Source: Solirubrobacteraceae bacterium
GTDB taxonomy: Bacteria > Actinomycetota > Thermoleophilia > Solirubrobacterales > Solirubrobacteraceae
Direction: 5' to 3'
Assembly (NCBI GenBank): GCA_030690545.1
Contig: JAUYGN010000079.1
Span: forward strand, 39,386-103,385
Length of the DNA stretch: 64,000 bases
The translations under genes and the position numbers were made by a program. Below the pieces are notes generated by a model. The model saw only the letters and a list, made by a program, of their open reading frames with translations, was not told the DNA's origin and searched no databases. Position 1 is the stretch's first letter; each line of letters opens with the position of its first letter. Positions 31,405 to 40,883 of this stretch are shown piece by piece.

Positions 31405-32450
31405 TGACGCGCCGGGTCACCGTACGCACGCAGTCGATCTCGCTGCGCCTGGACATGCGCGTGCTCGGCCTGCTCGGCGCGCTCGGCGTCGCGACGCTGC
31501 TGGCGCTGACGCTCAGCGTCGGCCGCGGCGACTTTCCGATCGCCCCACTCGAGGTGCTCTCGACGCTGACGGGCGCCGGCGACGAGGCGACGCGCTTCGT
31601 CGTGCTCGAGCTGCGCCTGCCGCGCGCCCTGACGGCGGTGCTCACCGGCATCGCGCTCGGCATCGCCGGCGCGATCTTCCAGGACCTCGCACGCAACCCG
31701 CTCGTCTCGCCCGACATCATCGGCATCAGCGCCGGCGCCTCCTTCGCGGCGGTGTCGCTGATCGTGCTCGGCGACACGAGCGGCGTGATCTCGGTCCCGC
31801 TGGCCGCCCTCGGCGGCGCGATCGCCGCCGGTGTCGCGCTGTACCTGCTGGCCTGGCGCGGAGGCGTGCAGGGATACCGGCTCGTGCTCGTCGGCATCGG
31901 CGTCGCGGCGCTGCTGCACGCGGGGATCGACTACGTCTTCACGCGCGGCCAGATCTTCCAGGTGGCCGAGGCCTACGTCTGGCTCGTCGGCTCGCTGAAC
32001 GCCCGCGGCTGGGAGCACGTCTGGCCGCTCGCCGGCGCGCTCGCCGTGCTGCTGCCGCTCGCGCTCGCGCTCGGCCGCCAGCTCGAGGTGCTCCAGCTCG
32101 GCGACGACGTCGCCCGCGCGCTCGGGATCGGCGTCGAACGCGCGCGCCTGGCGCTGCTGGCGGTCGCCGTCGTGCTGACGGGGATCGCCGTCTCCGCCGC
32201 CGGCCCGATCGCGTTCGTCGCGTTCATCGCGCCGCACATCGCGCGGCGCATCTGCGGCACCGTCTCGCCGTCCGGCGTGCTGCCCGTCGCCGCCGCGACC
32301 GGCGCGCTGCTCGTCCTGTCAGCCGACCTGATCGGGCGACTCGCGTTCGCGCCCAACGGCGTCCCGGTCGGCATCGTGACGGCGATCATCGCCGCGCCGT
32401 ACTTCCTGCTCCTGCTGCGCCGCGCCAACCTCCTGGGGGCCACCGGATGA
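31404..32450 (+). CDS. FecCD family permease
   Basis: [40 protein letters not shown] coupling. Confidence 0.94.
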   Translation: MTRRVTVRTQSISLRLDMRVLGLLGALGVATLLALTLSVGRGDFPIAPLEVLSTLTGAGDEATRFVVLELRLPRALTAVLTGIALGIAGAIFQDLARNPLVSPDIIGISAGASFAAVSLIVLGDTSGVISVPLAALGGAIAAGVALYLLAWRGGVQGYRLVLVGIGVAALLHAGIDYVFTRGQIFQVAEAYVWLVGSLNARGWEHVWPLAGALAVLLPLALALGRQLEVLQLGDDVARALGIGVERARLALLAVAVVLTGIAVSAAGPIAFVAFIAPHIARRICGTVSPSGVLPVAAATGALLVLSADLIGRLAFAPNGVPVGIVTAIIAAPYFLLLLRRANLLGATG

Positions 32451-33316
32451 CCGAGCCGTTGCTGCAGACCGCCGCCGTCACGCTCGCCTACGACGAGCGC
32501 GTCGTCGTCCACGAGCTCGACCTCGTCATCCCGCAGGGCATGGTGACCGCCGTCGTCGGAGCCAACGGCTGCGGCAAGTCGACCCTGCTGCGAGCGCTCG
32601 CGCGCCTGATGCGCCCGCGCGGCGGCAGCGTGCTGCTCGACGGCGCGTCGATCGCCACGCTCCCGAGCCGCGAGATCGCCAAGCGCCTCGGGATCCTCCC
32701 CCAGTCCCCGCTCGCGCCCGACGGGCTGGCCGTCGAGGATCTCGTCGGGCGCGGCCGCTACCCGCACCAGACGCTGTTTCGCCACTGGTCGGCCGAAGAC
32801 GAGGCCGCCGTCGAGTCGGCGCTCGCCGCGACGGGCACGAGCGAGCTGCGCGCCCGGCCGCTCGACGAGCTCTCCGGCGGCCAGCGCCAGCGCGCCTGGA
32901 TCGCGATGACGCTCGCCCAGGAGACCGAGATCCTGCTGCTCGACGAGCCGACGACCTTCCTCGACCTGACGCACCAGATCGAGGTGCTCGACCTGCTCGA
33001 CGATCTCGTCGACGCGCACGGGCGCACGGTCGTCATGGTGCTGCACGACCTCAACCAGGCGTGTCGCTACGCCGACCACATCGTCGCGATGCGCGACGGG
33101 CGCATCCACGCGGCCGGGGCCCCCGGCGACGTCGTCGACGCGGCGCTCGTGCAGGACGTCTTCGGCCTCCAGGCCCGCGTGATCGACGATCCCGTGACGG
33201 GAACGCCGCTGTGCCTGCCGACGGGCCGGCGAGCGGACGCCACGAACCGCCGGCGCGCGCGCAGCACCGGCCCGGATCCGAGGCCGTCAGGCGCCGAAGC
33301 GGACCGTCAGGCCTGA
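32447..33316 (+). CDS. Iron-siderophore ABC ATP-binding protein
   Basis: [32 protein letters not shown]. Confidence 0.94.
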   Translation: MTEPLLQTAAVTLAYDERVVVHELDLVIPQGMVTAVVGANGCGKSTLLRALARLMRPRGGSVLLDGASIATLPSREIAKRLGILPQSPLAPDGLAVEDLVGRGRYPHQTLFRHWSAEDEAAVESALAATGTSELRARPLDELSGGQRQRAWIAMTLAQETEILLLDEPTTFLDLTHQIEVLDLLDDLVDAHGRTVVMVLHDLNQACRYADHIVAMRDGRIHAAGAPGDVVDAALVQDVFGLQARVIDDPVTGTPLCLPTGRRADATNRRRARSTGPDPRPSGAEADRQA

Positions 33317-34570
33317 CGGATAGGGACCGGCGAACCGCAGCTTGCCGGGATCCCCCTGGGCCCGCTGCAGGCGCGGGCCCTCCAGCAGCGCCGTCGCCAG
33401 CGCCGGCAGCTGGGCACGGACGATGTGCTCGCCATAGCACGTGTGCAGGCCGTGGCCGAAGAGCATGTAGTCGCTCCAGGGGCGGTCGACGCGAAACTCG
33501 CCGGGCGCCTCGATCGCGCGCTCGTCGTGCATCGCCGACAGCGTCGCCGCGAAGACCGTCGAGCCGGCCTTGACCGTCGTCTCCCGGTCGCTGCCGGCGG
33601 CGATCGTCGTGTCCTGCGGGACGTAGCGCAGCAGCGCGAAGTTCTGCGGCCGGAAGCGCGAGGCCTCGAAGGCGTAGCGGCCGACGAGCTCGCGATCTCC
33701 GGCGCGCGCGGCCTGCTGGGCACGCTCGAGCTCGTCGTCGCGCCCGAGCAGCTCCTCGACGACGCGCGCGAAGGCGTTGGAGATCGTCGGGATCCAGCCG
33801 GTGATGTTGCCGAGGATGTTGTGGCGGATCGCGATGTCGTGGAAGTTCGGCTCGTCCTCGGACTGCAGGCGCAGCAGCCGCGTCAGGACGTCGTCGGGGA
33901 CGTCCTCGCCGGCCTTCAGCTGCGCCTTGCGCACGGCGATCTGACGGTCGAGGTGCGGGCGCCATCGCGCCGCGTCGGCGAGCGCACGCTCGCGGACCGG
34001 CGCGAGGTTGCCGACGTTGATGAACAGCTCCTGGAAGACGTTGCGCGCCCAGCGCAGGTGCGTCGCCCTGTCGGGGCCCGGGGTGCCGAAGTACTCGCCG
34101 ATCGTGCGGTCGACCGCCGGATCGGCGAGCTGCGAGACGACGTCGATCTCTCCGTCGTCGTCGCGGCGCTCGGCGACGAGCGCGCGGGCGAGCTCGTACA
34201 TGCGATCGCCGATCATCGGCAGGTCCTCGCGCAGCACCGCGCGGTCCATCGCGGCGTGGTCGTGGCGATACAGCGGCGTGTCGTCGACGCCGAGGATGAA
34301 GGGCCCCGTGATCGCGACCATCTTCGGCCCGTACAGGTCGACGGTGAAGCGCGCCGGATCGCCCAGCACCTCCTTGACGTCCTCGTTGCGCGTCACGATC
34401 GTCGTCGACCCGGCGCTGACGATCGGCCGGTGGCGGCGCATGAGGGCGAACGTCTTGAGCGCCGACGAGTCGGCGACGCGACCGAAGACGTCGGCGAGCC
34501 CGACCTGCAGGCGGTCCTTGTCGCCGCTGAGACGGTCGAGCGCGGTGCGGATCGCGTCGTCGAGGCCCAT
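33287..34570 (-). CDS. Cytochrome P450 with atypical I-helix
   Basis: EASR (ExxR), PGEFR meander, [10 protein letters not shown] heme ligand; I-helix GWIPT. Confidence 0.92.
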   Translation of the reverse strand: MGLDDAIRTALDRLSGDKDRLQVGLADVFGRVADSSALKTFALMRRHRPIVSAGSTTIVTRNEDVKEVLGDPARFTVDLYGPKMVAITGPFILGVDDTPLYRHDHAAMDRAVLREDLPMIGDRMYELARALVAERRDDDGEIDVVSQLADPAVDRTIGEYFGTPGPDRATHLRWARNVFQELFINVGNLAPVRERALADAARWRPHLDRQIAVRKAQLKAGEDVPDDVLTRLLRLQSEDEPNFHDIAIRHNILGNITGWIPTISNAFARVVEELLGRDDELERAQQAARAGDRELVGRYAFEASRFRPQNFALLRYVPQDTTIAAGSDRETTVKAGSTVFAATLSAMHDERAIEAPGEFRVDRPWSDYMLFGHGLHTCYGEHIVRAQLPALATALLEGPRLQRAQGDPGKLRFAGPYPSGLTVRFGA

Positions 34571-34579
34571 GCCGACCGG

Positions 34580-35992
34580 CTATCCGGTCGTGCCGTCGGC
34601 GAGCGCGGCGAGGGCCGTCATGCCGGGCACGAACAGATACTCGCCGCCGCGCGTCGTGACGAACGTCTCCTGCGGCGACAGCAGGAACGGCGGCTTGCCC
34701 TGGATCGTCATCTTGCCCTTGCCGAACGGGTCGCCGAGCAGGTAGTCCTTGTCGTTGCCGAGGCCGAAGATGTTGCCGGCGTTCAGCCACTGCACCTGGA
34801 CGCCCTCGAACTGGCGCGAGATGCTCGCCTGGAAGCTCACGAAGACGAGGCCGCGGTCGACCCCGTCGTCCTCCATGACGCCCTCCGGCAGGACCGCTCC
34901 ATACGGCATGCCGCGGCGGATCATGCGGTGGCGGAAGCTCAGGCTGCCGCCCCAGCCGAGCGCGTCGCGCGGGTTGGAGCGGCGGATGTGCGATCCGAGC
35001 GGGCAGCGCATCCCGTCGAGATCGTCGTCGTAGCGAAAGTCGTTGGCCTGCGACGAGGAGGGGTGGAACTCGTCGTCGGGCGCGTCGGGGTGCGTGACGA
35101 GCGGCGTGCCGTTGGCCCAGCGGCCGACGACCTTCGCCGACAGCAGGTCCTCGTCGCCGGCCGTGTAGAGCTTCGCGGCCGCGCGCATCGTGCGCCGCCA
35201 CAGCGCGACGTCCTGGTAGAGCTTGCGCCAGACCATGTACGTGCCGCTGCGACCGAGCGGGTCGGCGGGCATGTTCGGCAGCCGCCGCTGGGGATCGACG
35301 CGCGTGTCCTCGTCCGGGTAGCCGAGGATGAACTCACCGGGCGCGAACGCGCGCCAGCCGCCGTCCTGCAGCGGGATCCCGCCGCCGCGCACCTTGCGCT
35401 CGGTCGCGCCCTCGACCGCCGGCTGCGCGAAGCCGTCGGCGTAGCCGAAGTGCTCGCGCGCCCCGGGCAGCATCTCGGTGTCCTCCTGGTAGATGACGCG
35501 CACCCCGCCGGCGGCCTTCATCGCCGCCTTCATCTTGCCCAGCGCGCGCTTGTGGTCGACGGGCTGCTGCGCGTTGATCGTCAGCAGCACGTGGGTCTCG
35601 CCCGTTCCGAGGCCCCGCTCCCACTGCGACGGCGCGCTCGGGCCGACGTCGCCGAGCAGCACCGCTCGCGCGGCATCCGACATGCCCTCGCGAAACTCAC
35701 GCGAGAAGCTGCCGACCTTGTCGTCGGAGACGCCGAGCGCGCGCAGTCCAGGCGCCGTCAGCGCGACGTTCAGCGTCGTCAGCGGCTTCTCGCCGCGCGG
35801 CCACGGGTTGGCCGTCGTGACGTGGTCGACGACGCCGGAGAACCACGCCCGCGCCTGCTCAGGCGCGCAGTCGATGTGCACGAACGCGTACGACGTGCAG
35901 TCGTACGTGTTGCCGTAGGCGCGCAGGATGTCGCCCTGGATGTCGCCGAAGTCGATGTGCACCGGCGGGTGCTGCTTGGCCCCGGGCGCCAT
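34580..35992 (-). CDS. DyP-type heme peroxidase
   Basis: DIQGDIL, HFGYADG, GTYMVWRKL.QDV, SHIRRSNPR, IRRGMPYG, VTTRGGEYLFVP. Confidence 0.94.
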   Translation of the reverse strand: MAPGAKQHPPVHIDFGDIQGDILRAYGNTYDCTSYAFVHIDCAPEQARAWFSGVVDHVTTANPWPRGEKPLTTLNVALTAPGLRALGVSDDKVGSFSREFREGMSDAARAVLLGDVGPSAPSQWERGLGTGETHVLLTINAQQPVDHKRALGKMKAAMKAAGGVRVIYQEDTEMLPGAREHFGYADGFAQPAVEGATERKVRGGGIPLQDGGWRAFAPGEFILGYPDEDTRVDPQRRLPNMPADPLGRSGTYMVWRKLYQDVALWRRTMRAAAKLYTAGDEDLLSAKVVGRWANGTPLVTHPDAPDDEFHPSSSQANDFRYDDDLDGMRCPLGSHIRRSNPRDALGWGGSLSFRHRMIRRGMPYGAVLPEGVMEDDGVDRGLVFVSFQASISRQFEGVQVQWLNAGNIFGLGNDKDYLLGDPFGKGKMTIQGKPPFLLSPQETFVTTRGGEYLFVPGMTALAALADGTTG

Positions 35993-36555
35993 CAGCCGCC
36001 GAACTCCCGCACGAACGCGGCCTGCAGCGCCGCCGGGTCGAGCCCCTGCGAGTCGGTGGCGAAGGCGATCATCTGCTCGCGCTGCGCCAAGGCGTCCTTG
36101 ACGACCGGCACCGTGGCGTCCCCGTAGGGCGTGAAGAACAGCCCGCAGTCGACCTGGTTGTGCTTGAGATAGGCCTTCAGCGCGGCCCCCTCGGCCTGCA
36201 CCGGACAGCCGACGCAGCGCCCCCAGACCTCCGCCGCCTCGGTCGCGAGCTTGCTGCACAGCTCGTCGAGGTAGCTGTCGAGATCACCGTCGAAGTTGCT
36301 CGTGAAGACGAGGTAGGGCAGCTCGAGGTGCTCGGCCCTGCGCTGGCCCCAGGCCCTGTCGTTGACGAAGTCGGTGATGATCACCCAGCGCGCGATGTGC
36401 GTGCGCTCGAGCTTGGCCAGCGGACTCGGGCGATCGTCGTCGTAGAGGCCCTCGAGGTAGGCGCGCAGCGCATCCTCCTCGCCGGGCCGGATCGGCGTCA
36501 TCGCCTGGAAGCCGTAGGCCTGCCCGACGACGTTGGGATCGCGGCGGCGGAGCAT
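35992..36555 (-). CDS. Uncharacterised HIARW/SNFDG-motif protein
   Basis: THIARWVII...LVFTSNFDG...YL; TGATG overlaps on both sides. Confidence 0.85.
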   Translation of the reverse strand: MLRRRDPNVVGQAYGFQAMTPIRPGEEDALRAYLEGLYDDDRPSPLAKLERTHIARWVIITDFVNDRAWGQRRAEHLELPYLVFTSNFDGDLDSYLDELCSKLATEAAEVWGRCVGCPVQAEGAALKAYLKHNQVDCGLFFTPYGDATVPVVKDALAQREQMIAFATDSQGLDPAALQAAFVREFGG

Positions 36556-37217
36556 CACAGGCACCCCTGGACGTCGGTCAGCAGGCGCTCGTAGGCGGCG
36601 GCGAACGCCTCGGGATCCATCTGCGCCGCGCGGCCGCGCAGCGGCGCGAGCCTGCCGTCGAGCTCCAGCGCGCGCAGGACCATCGTCGTCGTCGCCTCCG
36701 GGTAGGCGCAGTAGTAGTGGCTGGCCTCCGTCTCGTTGCGCTGGATGTAGGTCTTGAAGGGCGCGGTCGGCAGCGGCTTGGGGAAGCCGAACGAGCTGCC
36801 CCAGAACGCCGTCATCCCGTCGGTCAGGATGTGGGAGAAGGCGTCGATGTACTCCTCCCAGCCGCCGTTGAAGTTGCTCTCGAAGTACATGTGCGCGTAG
36901 CGGAAGCGGCGCTTGCGCTGGGGCGGCCCGTTGTAGGGCAGCCTGCGGATCAGCGACCAGCGCGCGAAGTGGATGAACGACAGCTCGCGCAACGTCTCGG
37001 TCAGCTTCGGCCGCGCCGCCGTGACGGCGAACAGGATCGGCAGGAAGAGCCTGCCCGGGATCGGCAGCACGACGTCGCCGACGACCGGCAGCTTGAGCTG
37101 CATCCGCAGCGGCCGGATCGTGCTGAAGACCGTGATCGCGATCACCTGACCGGCGTAGTTGCGGTCCGAGCTCGAACCGGTGGCCGTCGGCGGGATGGCT
37201 GGGGCTTGCGCGCTCAC
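36555..37217 (-). CDS. Uncharacterised HFARW/SNFNG-motif protein (paralog of the downstream gene)
   Basis: IHFARWSLI...MYFESNFNG.WEEYI; -10-like TACGTT 7 nt before GTG 37217. Confidence 0.85.
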   Translation of the reverse strand: MSAQAPAIPPTATGSSSDRNYAGQVIAITVFSTIRPLRMQLKLPVVGDVVLPIPGRLFLPILFAVTAARPKLTETLRELSFIHFARWSLIRRLPYNGPPQRKRRFRYAHMYFESNFNGGWEEYIDAFSHILTDGMTAFWGSSFGFPKPLPTAPFKTYIQRNETEASHYYCAYPEATTTMVLRALELDGRLAPLRGRAAQMDPEAFAAAYERLLTDVQGCL

Positions 37218-37289
37218 CGCGGGCAACGTACGCGGCGTTCCGGAGCGCGTCAAGGGCGCCGGCGGCGCGCCAGGCGCGGTCGCCCGCGT

Positions 37290-37973
37290 TCAGGCGTCCG
37301 GCTCGACGCGCATCGCGCGCGCCAGCGCGCCGCCGAGAACGTGCTCGCCGTCGCCGAACCGCACGGTCAGCGGACCCTCGAATGGCTGCCGGGCGCTGAT
37401 CTCGCAGCGATCGCCGATCGCGATCCCGCGCTCGGCCAGGTAGCGCAGCATCTCGGGATCCGAGTCCGAGACGCGCACGAAGCGCCCGCTCGCGCCGACC
37501 GGCAGGCTGTCGAGCGCCTCGGTGCTGCCCTCGTCGATGACGAGGTCCGAGTCGGGGATCGGATCGCCGTGCGGGTCGTGGGTCGGGTGGCCGAGCTTGG
37601 CCGCGATCCGCGCCTCGAGATCCTCGGAGAGCACGTGCTCGAGCGCCTCGGCCTCCTCGTGCACGCGGTCCCAGGGCACGTCGAGGTGCTCGGCGAGGTA
37701 GAGCTCCAGCAGCCGGTGGTGGCGCAGCATCTCCAGCGCCAGCCGCTCGCCGGCCGGCGTCAGGCGGACGCCGTGGTAGGGCTCGTGGATCGCCAGCCCC
37801 TGCTCGGCGAGCTTCTTGACCATCGCCGATGCCGACGCGGCCGTCACGCCGCAGCGCTCGGCGAGCGCGTTCGTGCTGACGGCCTCGCCGGCGGCGCGCT
37901 GCTGCAGCGAGTAGATCGACTTCGCGTAGTCCTCGATCGCGCTGCTGCGCGCGGCGGCTGACTCGACGGCCAT
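37290..37973 (-). CDS. mntR: DtxR/MntR family metal-dependent repressor
   Basis: EDYAKSIY, SASAMVKKL, RHHRLLELYL, VHEEAEALEH, DPHGDPIP, FeoA-like tail. Confidence 0.92.
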   Translation of the reverse strand: MAVESAAARSSAIEDYAKSIYSLQQRAAGEAVSTNALAERCGVTAASASAMVKKLAEQGLAIHEPYHGVRLTPAGERLALEMLRHHRLLELYLAEHLDVPWDRVHEEAEALEHVLSEDLEARIAAKLGHPTHDPHGDPIPDSDLVIDEGSTEALDSLPVGASGRFVRVSDSDPEMLRYLAERGIAIGDRCEISARQPFEGPLTVRFGDGEHVLGGALARAMRVEPDA

Positions 37974-38884
37974 CAGCGCGCCACCGTACCGAGCGCCGCC
38001 TGGATCTCGCGCTGGCGGCGGCGCCGCTGGACGGCGCGCGCGAGCAGCCCGTGGCTCGGCGACGCGACGAGCGCGAGCGCGAAGCAGATCGCTGCGACGA
38101 GACCCATCGCGCCGGCGATCGACGCGTCCAGCGCCGTCGCGGCGGCGTGACCGCCGAGCGCGCTGACCCAGCCCACCGCGACCGTCACGACGACCATCGC
38201 CCAGAGGCGGTTCGTCAACAGGTAGGCGGCGGCGGCGGGCACGATGAGCATGGTGACGACGAGGATCGCCCCGACGGACTCGAACGCCGTCACCGCGGTG
38301 ATCGCGACGGCGATCAGCAGCAACCGCGACAGCAGCGCCGGCGGGATGCCGATCGTACGCGAGAACTCGGGGTCGAACGTCGTCGCCTTGTACTCCTTCC
38401 ACAGCAGCGTGACGAGCGCGAGGTTGCACAGCGCGACGGCGCCGAGCAGGACGATCGAGCGCGCGATCTCGAGCTCGCCGATCGCGAGCGTCCGAAACGG
38501 CGCGAACGCGATCTCGCCGTAGATCGTCGAGTCGAGGTCGAGGTGGACCCCGCTGGCGTAGCGCGTCACGCCGAGCACGCCGAGCGCGAACAGCGCCGGG
38601 AAGACGAGCGCGATCGCCGCGTCGCTCTTGACGAGCCCGGTCGAGCGCAGCGCCTCGATCGCCAGCACGCAGATGATCGCGAACAGCGCCGCGCCGGCGA
38701 TCACCGGCAGCGGCGCGCGCGTGCCGAGCAGCAGGTAGACGAGCACGATCCCCGGCAGCACGGCGTGCGAGACGGCGTCGCTCATCAGCGCGACGCGGCG
38801 CAGGACGAGAAACGGTCCGAGCAGGCCGGCGGCCGTCGCGACGAGCCCGGCGGTGAGGATGATCGTGAGGTCGTCGTCGAGCAT
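37973..38884 (-). CDS. Mn/Zn ABC permease (TroD/MntD-like)
   Basis: LMSDAVSHAVLPG, VHLDLD, FESVGAILVV. Confidence 0.92.
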   Translation of the reverse strand: MLDDDLTIILTAGLVATAAGLLGPFLVLRRVALMSDAVSHAVLPGIVLVYLLLGTRAPLPVIAGAALFAIICVLAIEALRSTGLVKSDAAIALVFPALFALGVLGVTRYASGVHLDLDSTIYGEIAFAPFRTLAIGELEIARSIVLLGAVALCNLALVTLLWKEYKATTFDPEFSRTIGIPPALLSRLLLIAVAITAVTAFESVGAILVVTMLIVPAAAAYLLTNRLWAMVVVTVAVGWVSALGGHAAATALDASIAGAMGLVAAICFALALVASPSHGLLARAVQRRRRQREIQAALGTVAR

Positions 38885-38889
38885 GCCGT

Positions 38890-40134
38890 TCAGCGCTCCG
38901 CCGCCCGTGCGAGCGCGTGCAGCCGGTCGGCGTACTCGTCGCCGAGGCTGGCGCGCAGGTCGGTCGGATCGGGCTCGCGCGCGTCGGGCACGCCGAGCCG
39001 GGAGCCGTGCTCGAGCCAGGCGGCCCACAGGTCGCGCCGCTCGAGCACCGCGTGGGCGGCGGCGGCGCCGGGCTGCGACAAGTACAGGCGCTCGCCGTCG
39101 CGCCGCAGCATCCCGGCGCGGTCGAGGTCGCGCAGCGCGCGGCGCAGCGCACGGGCGGGTCGGGCACTGGCGAGCGCAAGCTCGGCGGCGGTCAGCGGCG
39201 GTCCGGCGTGGATCGCCGTCTCGAGGTCGACGAGCACGCCCTCGGCGAGGATCCGGCGGCGATCGCGCGCCAGCCGGCGGGCGCGCCAGAGCACGCCACG
39301 GCGCGGCGCGATGAGCACGCAGACGATGACGACGCTCACCGCGACGAGCACGATCACCGGTCCCGTCGGGATCTCCGCGCGCGATGCCAGCAGCGCCCCG
39401 CTGACGCCGACGGCGGCGCCGATCACGGCGGCCAGCGGGATCACGAGCGCCAGGCGCCCGGCGAGCTGGCGCGCGGCGACGGCCGGCGCGACGAGCATCG
39501 CGACCATGAGGATCGCCCCGACCATCCGCAGCCCGATCACGATCGCGACGACGAGCAGCGCCGTCATCGCGATCTCGAGGAGCCGCACCGGCAGCCCGAC
39601 GGCCCCCGCGAAGGCCGGGTCGAAGAGCGTCGTCTTCAGCGCGCGGAAGCCGATCGCGACGAGCGTCAGGGCGACGATCGCCAGGCCCGCCATGACCGCG
39701 AGGTCGCGCTCGAGCAGCCCCGCCGCCTGCCCGAAGAGGTACTTCTCCAGCCCGGCCTGGTTGGAGTTGTCGGTGCTCGCGATGTACGTCAGCAGGACGA
39801 TCCCGAGCGAGAAGAAGCTCGACAGCACGACCCCGATCGCGGCGTCCGGCCGGATCCGCCCGGTGCGCTCGATGCCGACCATCAGCAGCGCGCCGACGAG
39901 GCCGGCGATCGCCGCACCGGCCAGCAGCGACGTCGCATCCTTCGCGCCGGTCGCGATGAAGGCGATGCAGACGCCCGGCAGCGCCGCGTGCGCGAGCGCG
40001 TCGCCGACGAGGCTGCGCTGGCGCAGCACGGCGAGCACGCCGACCGCCCCCGCGGTGATCCCGAGCAGCATCGCTCCGAGGACGACGACCGCGTCGCTGT
40101 AGTCCAGCGGGACGAGGTCGATCAGCCAGCCCAC
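38890..40134 (-). CDS. Mn/Zn ABC permease with C-terminal DtxR-like extension (TroC/MntC-like)
   Basis: SLVGDALAHAALPG, YLFGQAA, VGAILM; cytosolic tail LSQPG...VLERRDLWAAWL. Confidence 0.9.
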   Translation of the reverse strand: MGWLIDLVPLDYSDAVVVLGAMLLGITAGAVGVLAVLRQRSLVGDALAHAALPGVCIAFIATGAKDATSLLAGAAIAGLVGALLMVGIERTGRIRPDAAIGVVLSSFFSLGIVLLTYIASTDNSNQAGLEKYLFGQAAGLLERDLAVMAGLAIVALTLVAIGFRALKTTLFDPAFAGAVGLPVRLLEIAMTALLVVAIVIGLRMVGAILMVAMLVAPAVAARQLAGRLALVIPLAAVIGAAVGVSGALLASRAEIPTGPVIVLVAVSVVIVCVLIAPRRGVLWRARRLARDRRRILAEGVLVDLETAIHAGPPLTAAELALASARPARALRRALRDLDRAGMLRRDGERLYLSQPGAAAAHAVLERRDLWAAWLEHGSRLGVPDAREPDPTDLRASLGDEYADRLHALARAAER

Positions 40135-40883
40135 GACGCCTGCGCCTGGTCGACGGGCTCGGCGGCGGCGCCGTACGCGCGCCGGACGTTGGCCGGCGTC
40201 AGCGTCTCGCCGACCGGGCCGGCGGCGACGACCCGCACGTTGAGCAGCAGCGCCCAGTCGAACGCCGAGCGGACCGTCGTGAGGTCGTGGTGCACGACGA
40301 CCATCGAGCTGCCCTCGTCGCGCAGCTCGTGCAGCAGCTTCAGGATGCTCGCCTCGGTGCGCGCGTCGACGCCCGCGAAGGGCTCGTCGAGCAGCATGAC
40401 CGGCGCCTGCTGCGCCAGCGCCCGGGCGATGAAGACCCGCTGGCGCTGGCCGCCCGACAGCTCGCCGATCTGGCGCGCCGCGTAGCCCGTCATCCCGACG
40501 CGCTCCAGGCAGGCGTCGACGAGCGCCGCCTGCGAGCGACCGACGCGACGCAGCCAGCCCGTCGCCGCGTAGCGCCCCATCTCGACGACCTCGCGCACCG
40601 TGATCGGGAAGTCCCAGTCGATCGCGTCGCGCTGGGGAACGTAGGCGACGCGATCACGCGCGCTGCGCACCGGGCGGCCCTCGATCAGCGTCTGCCCGCC
40701 GTCGGATGCGACGAGGCCCAGCGCGGCCTTCAGCAGCGTCGACTTGCCGGCGCCGTTGGGTCCGACGATCGCCGACAGGGCGCTGGCCGGAAAGCGCGCG
40801 TCGACGTCCCACAGCACCGGGTGGGCGCCGTAGGAGACCGTCAGGCGACGGACCTCGAGCGCGGGCGTCGGCGTGGCGGTCAT
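40122..40883 (-). CDS. Mn/Zn ABC ATP-binding protein
   Basis: [37 protein letters not shown]. Confidence 0.94.
   Translation of the reverse strand: MTATPTPALEVRRLTVSYGAHPVLWDVDARFPASALSAIVGPNGAGKSTLLKAALGLVASDGGQTLIEGRPVRSARDRVAYVPQRDAIDWDFPITVREVVEMGRYAATGWLRRVGRSQAALVDACLERVGMTGYAARQIGELSGGQRQRVFIARALAQQAPVMLLDEPFAGVDARTEASILKLLHELRDEGSSMVVVHHDLTTVRSAFDWALLLNVRVVAAGPVGETLTPANVRRAYGAAAEPVDQAQASWAG

Noticed and set aside
29271..32450. 1059-aa ORF spanning the siderophore operon
   Set aside because: Only the part from ATG 31404 is a real FecCD permease; the upstream part is an Arg/Pro-rich off-frame shadow of the SBP and first permease, typical of high-GC DNA
33425..36127. 900-aa plus-strand ORF
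   Set aside because: Antisense shadow of the DyP and P450 genes with no recognisable motifs
34570..37290. P450-modified RiPP (biarylitide-type) precursor upstream of the P450
   Set aside because: Intergenic gaps are only a few bases and no MxYxH-like micro-ORF with an RBS was found
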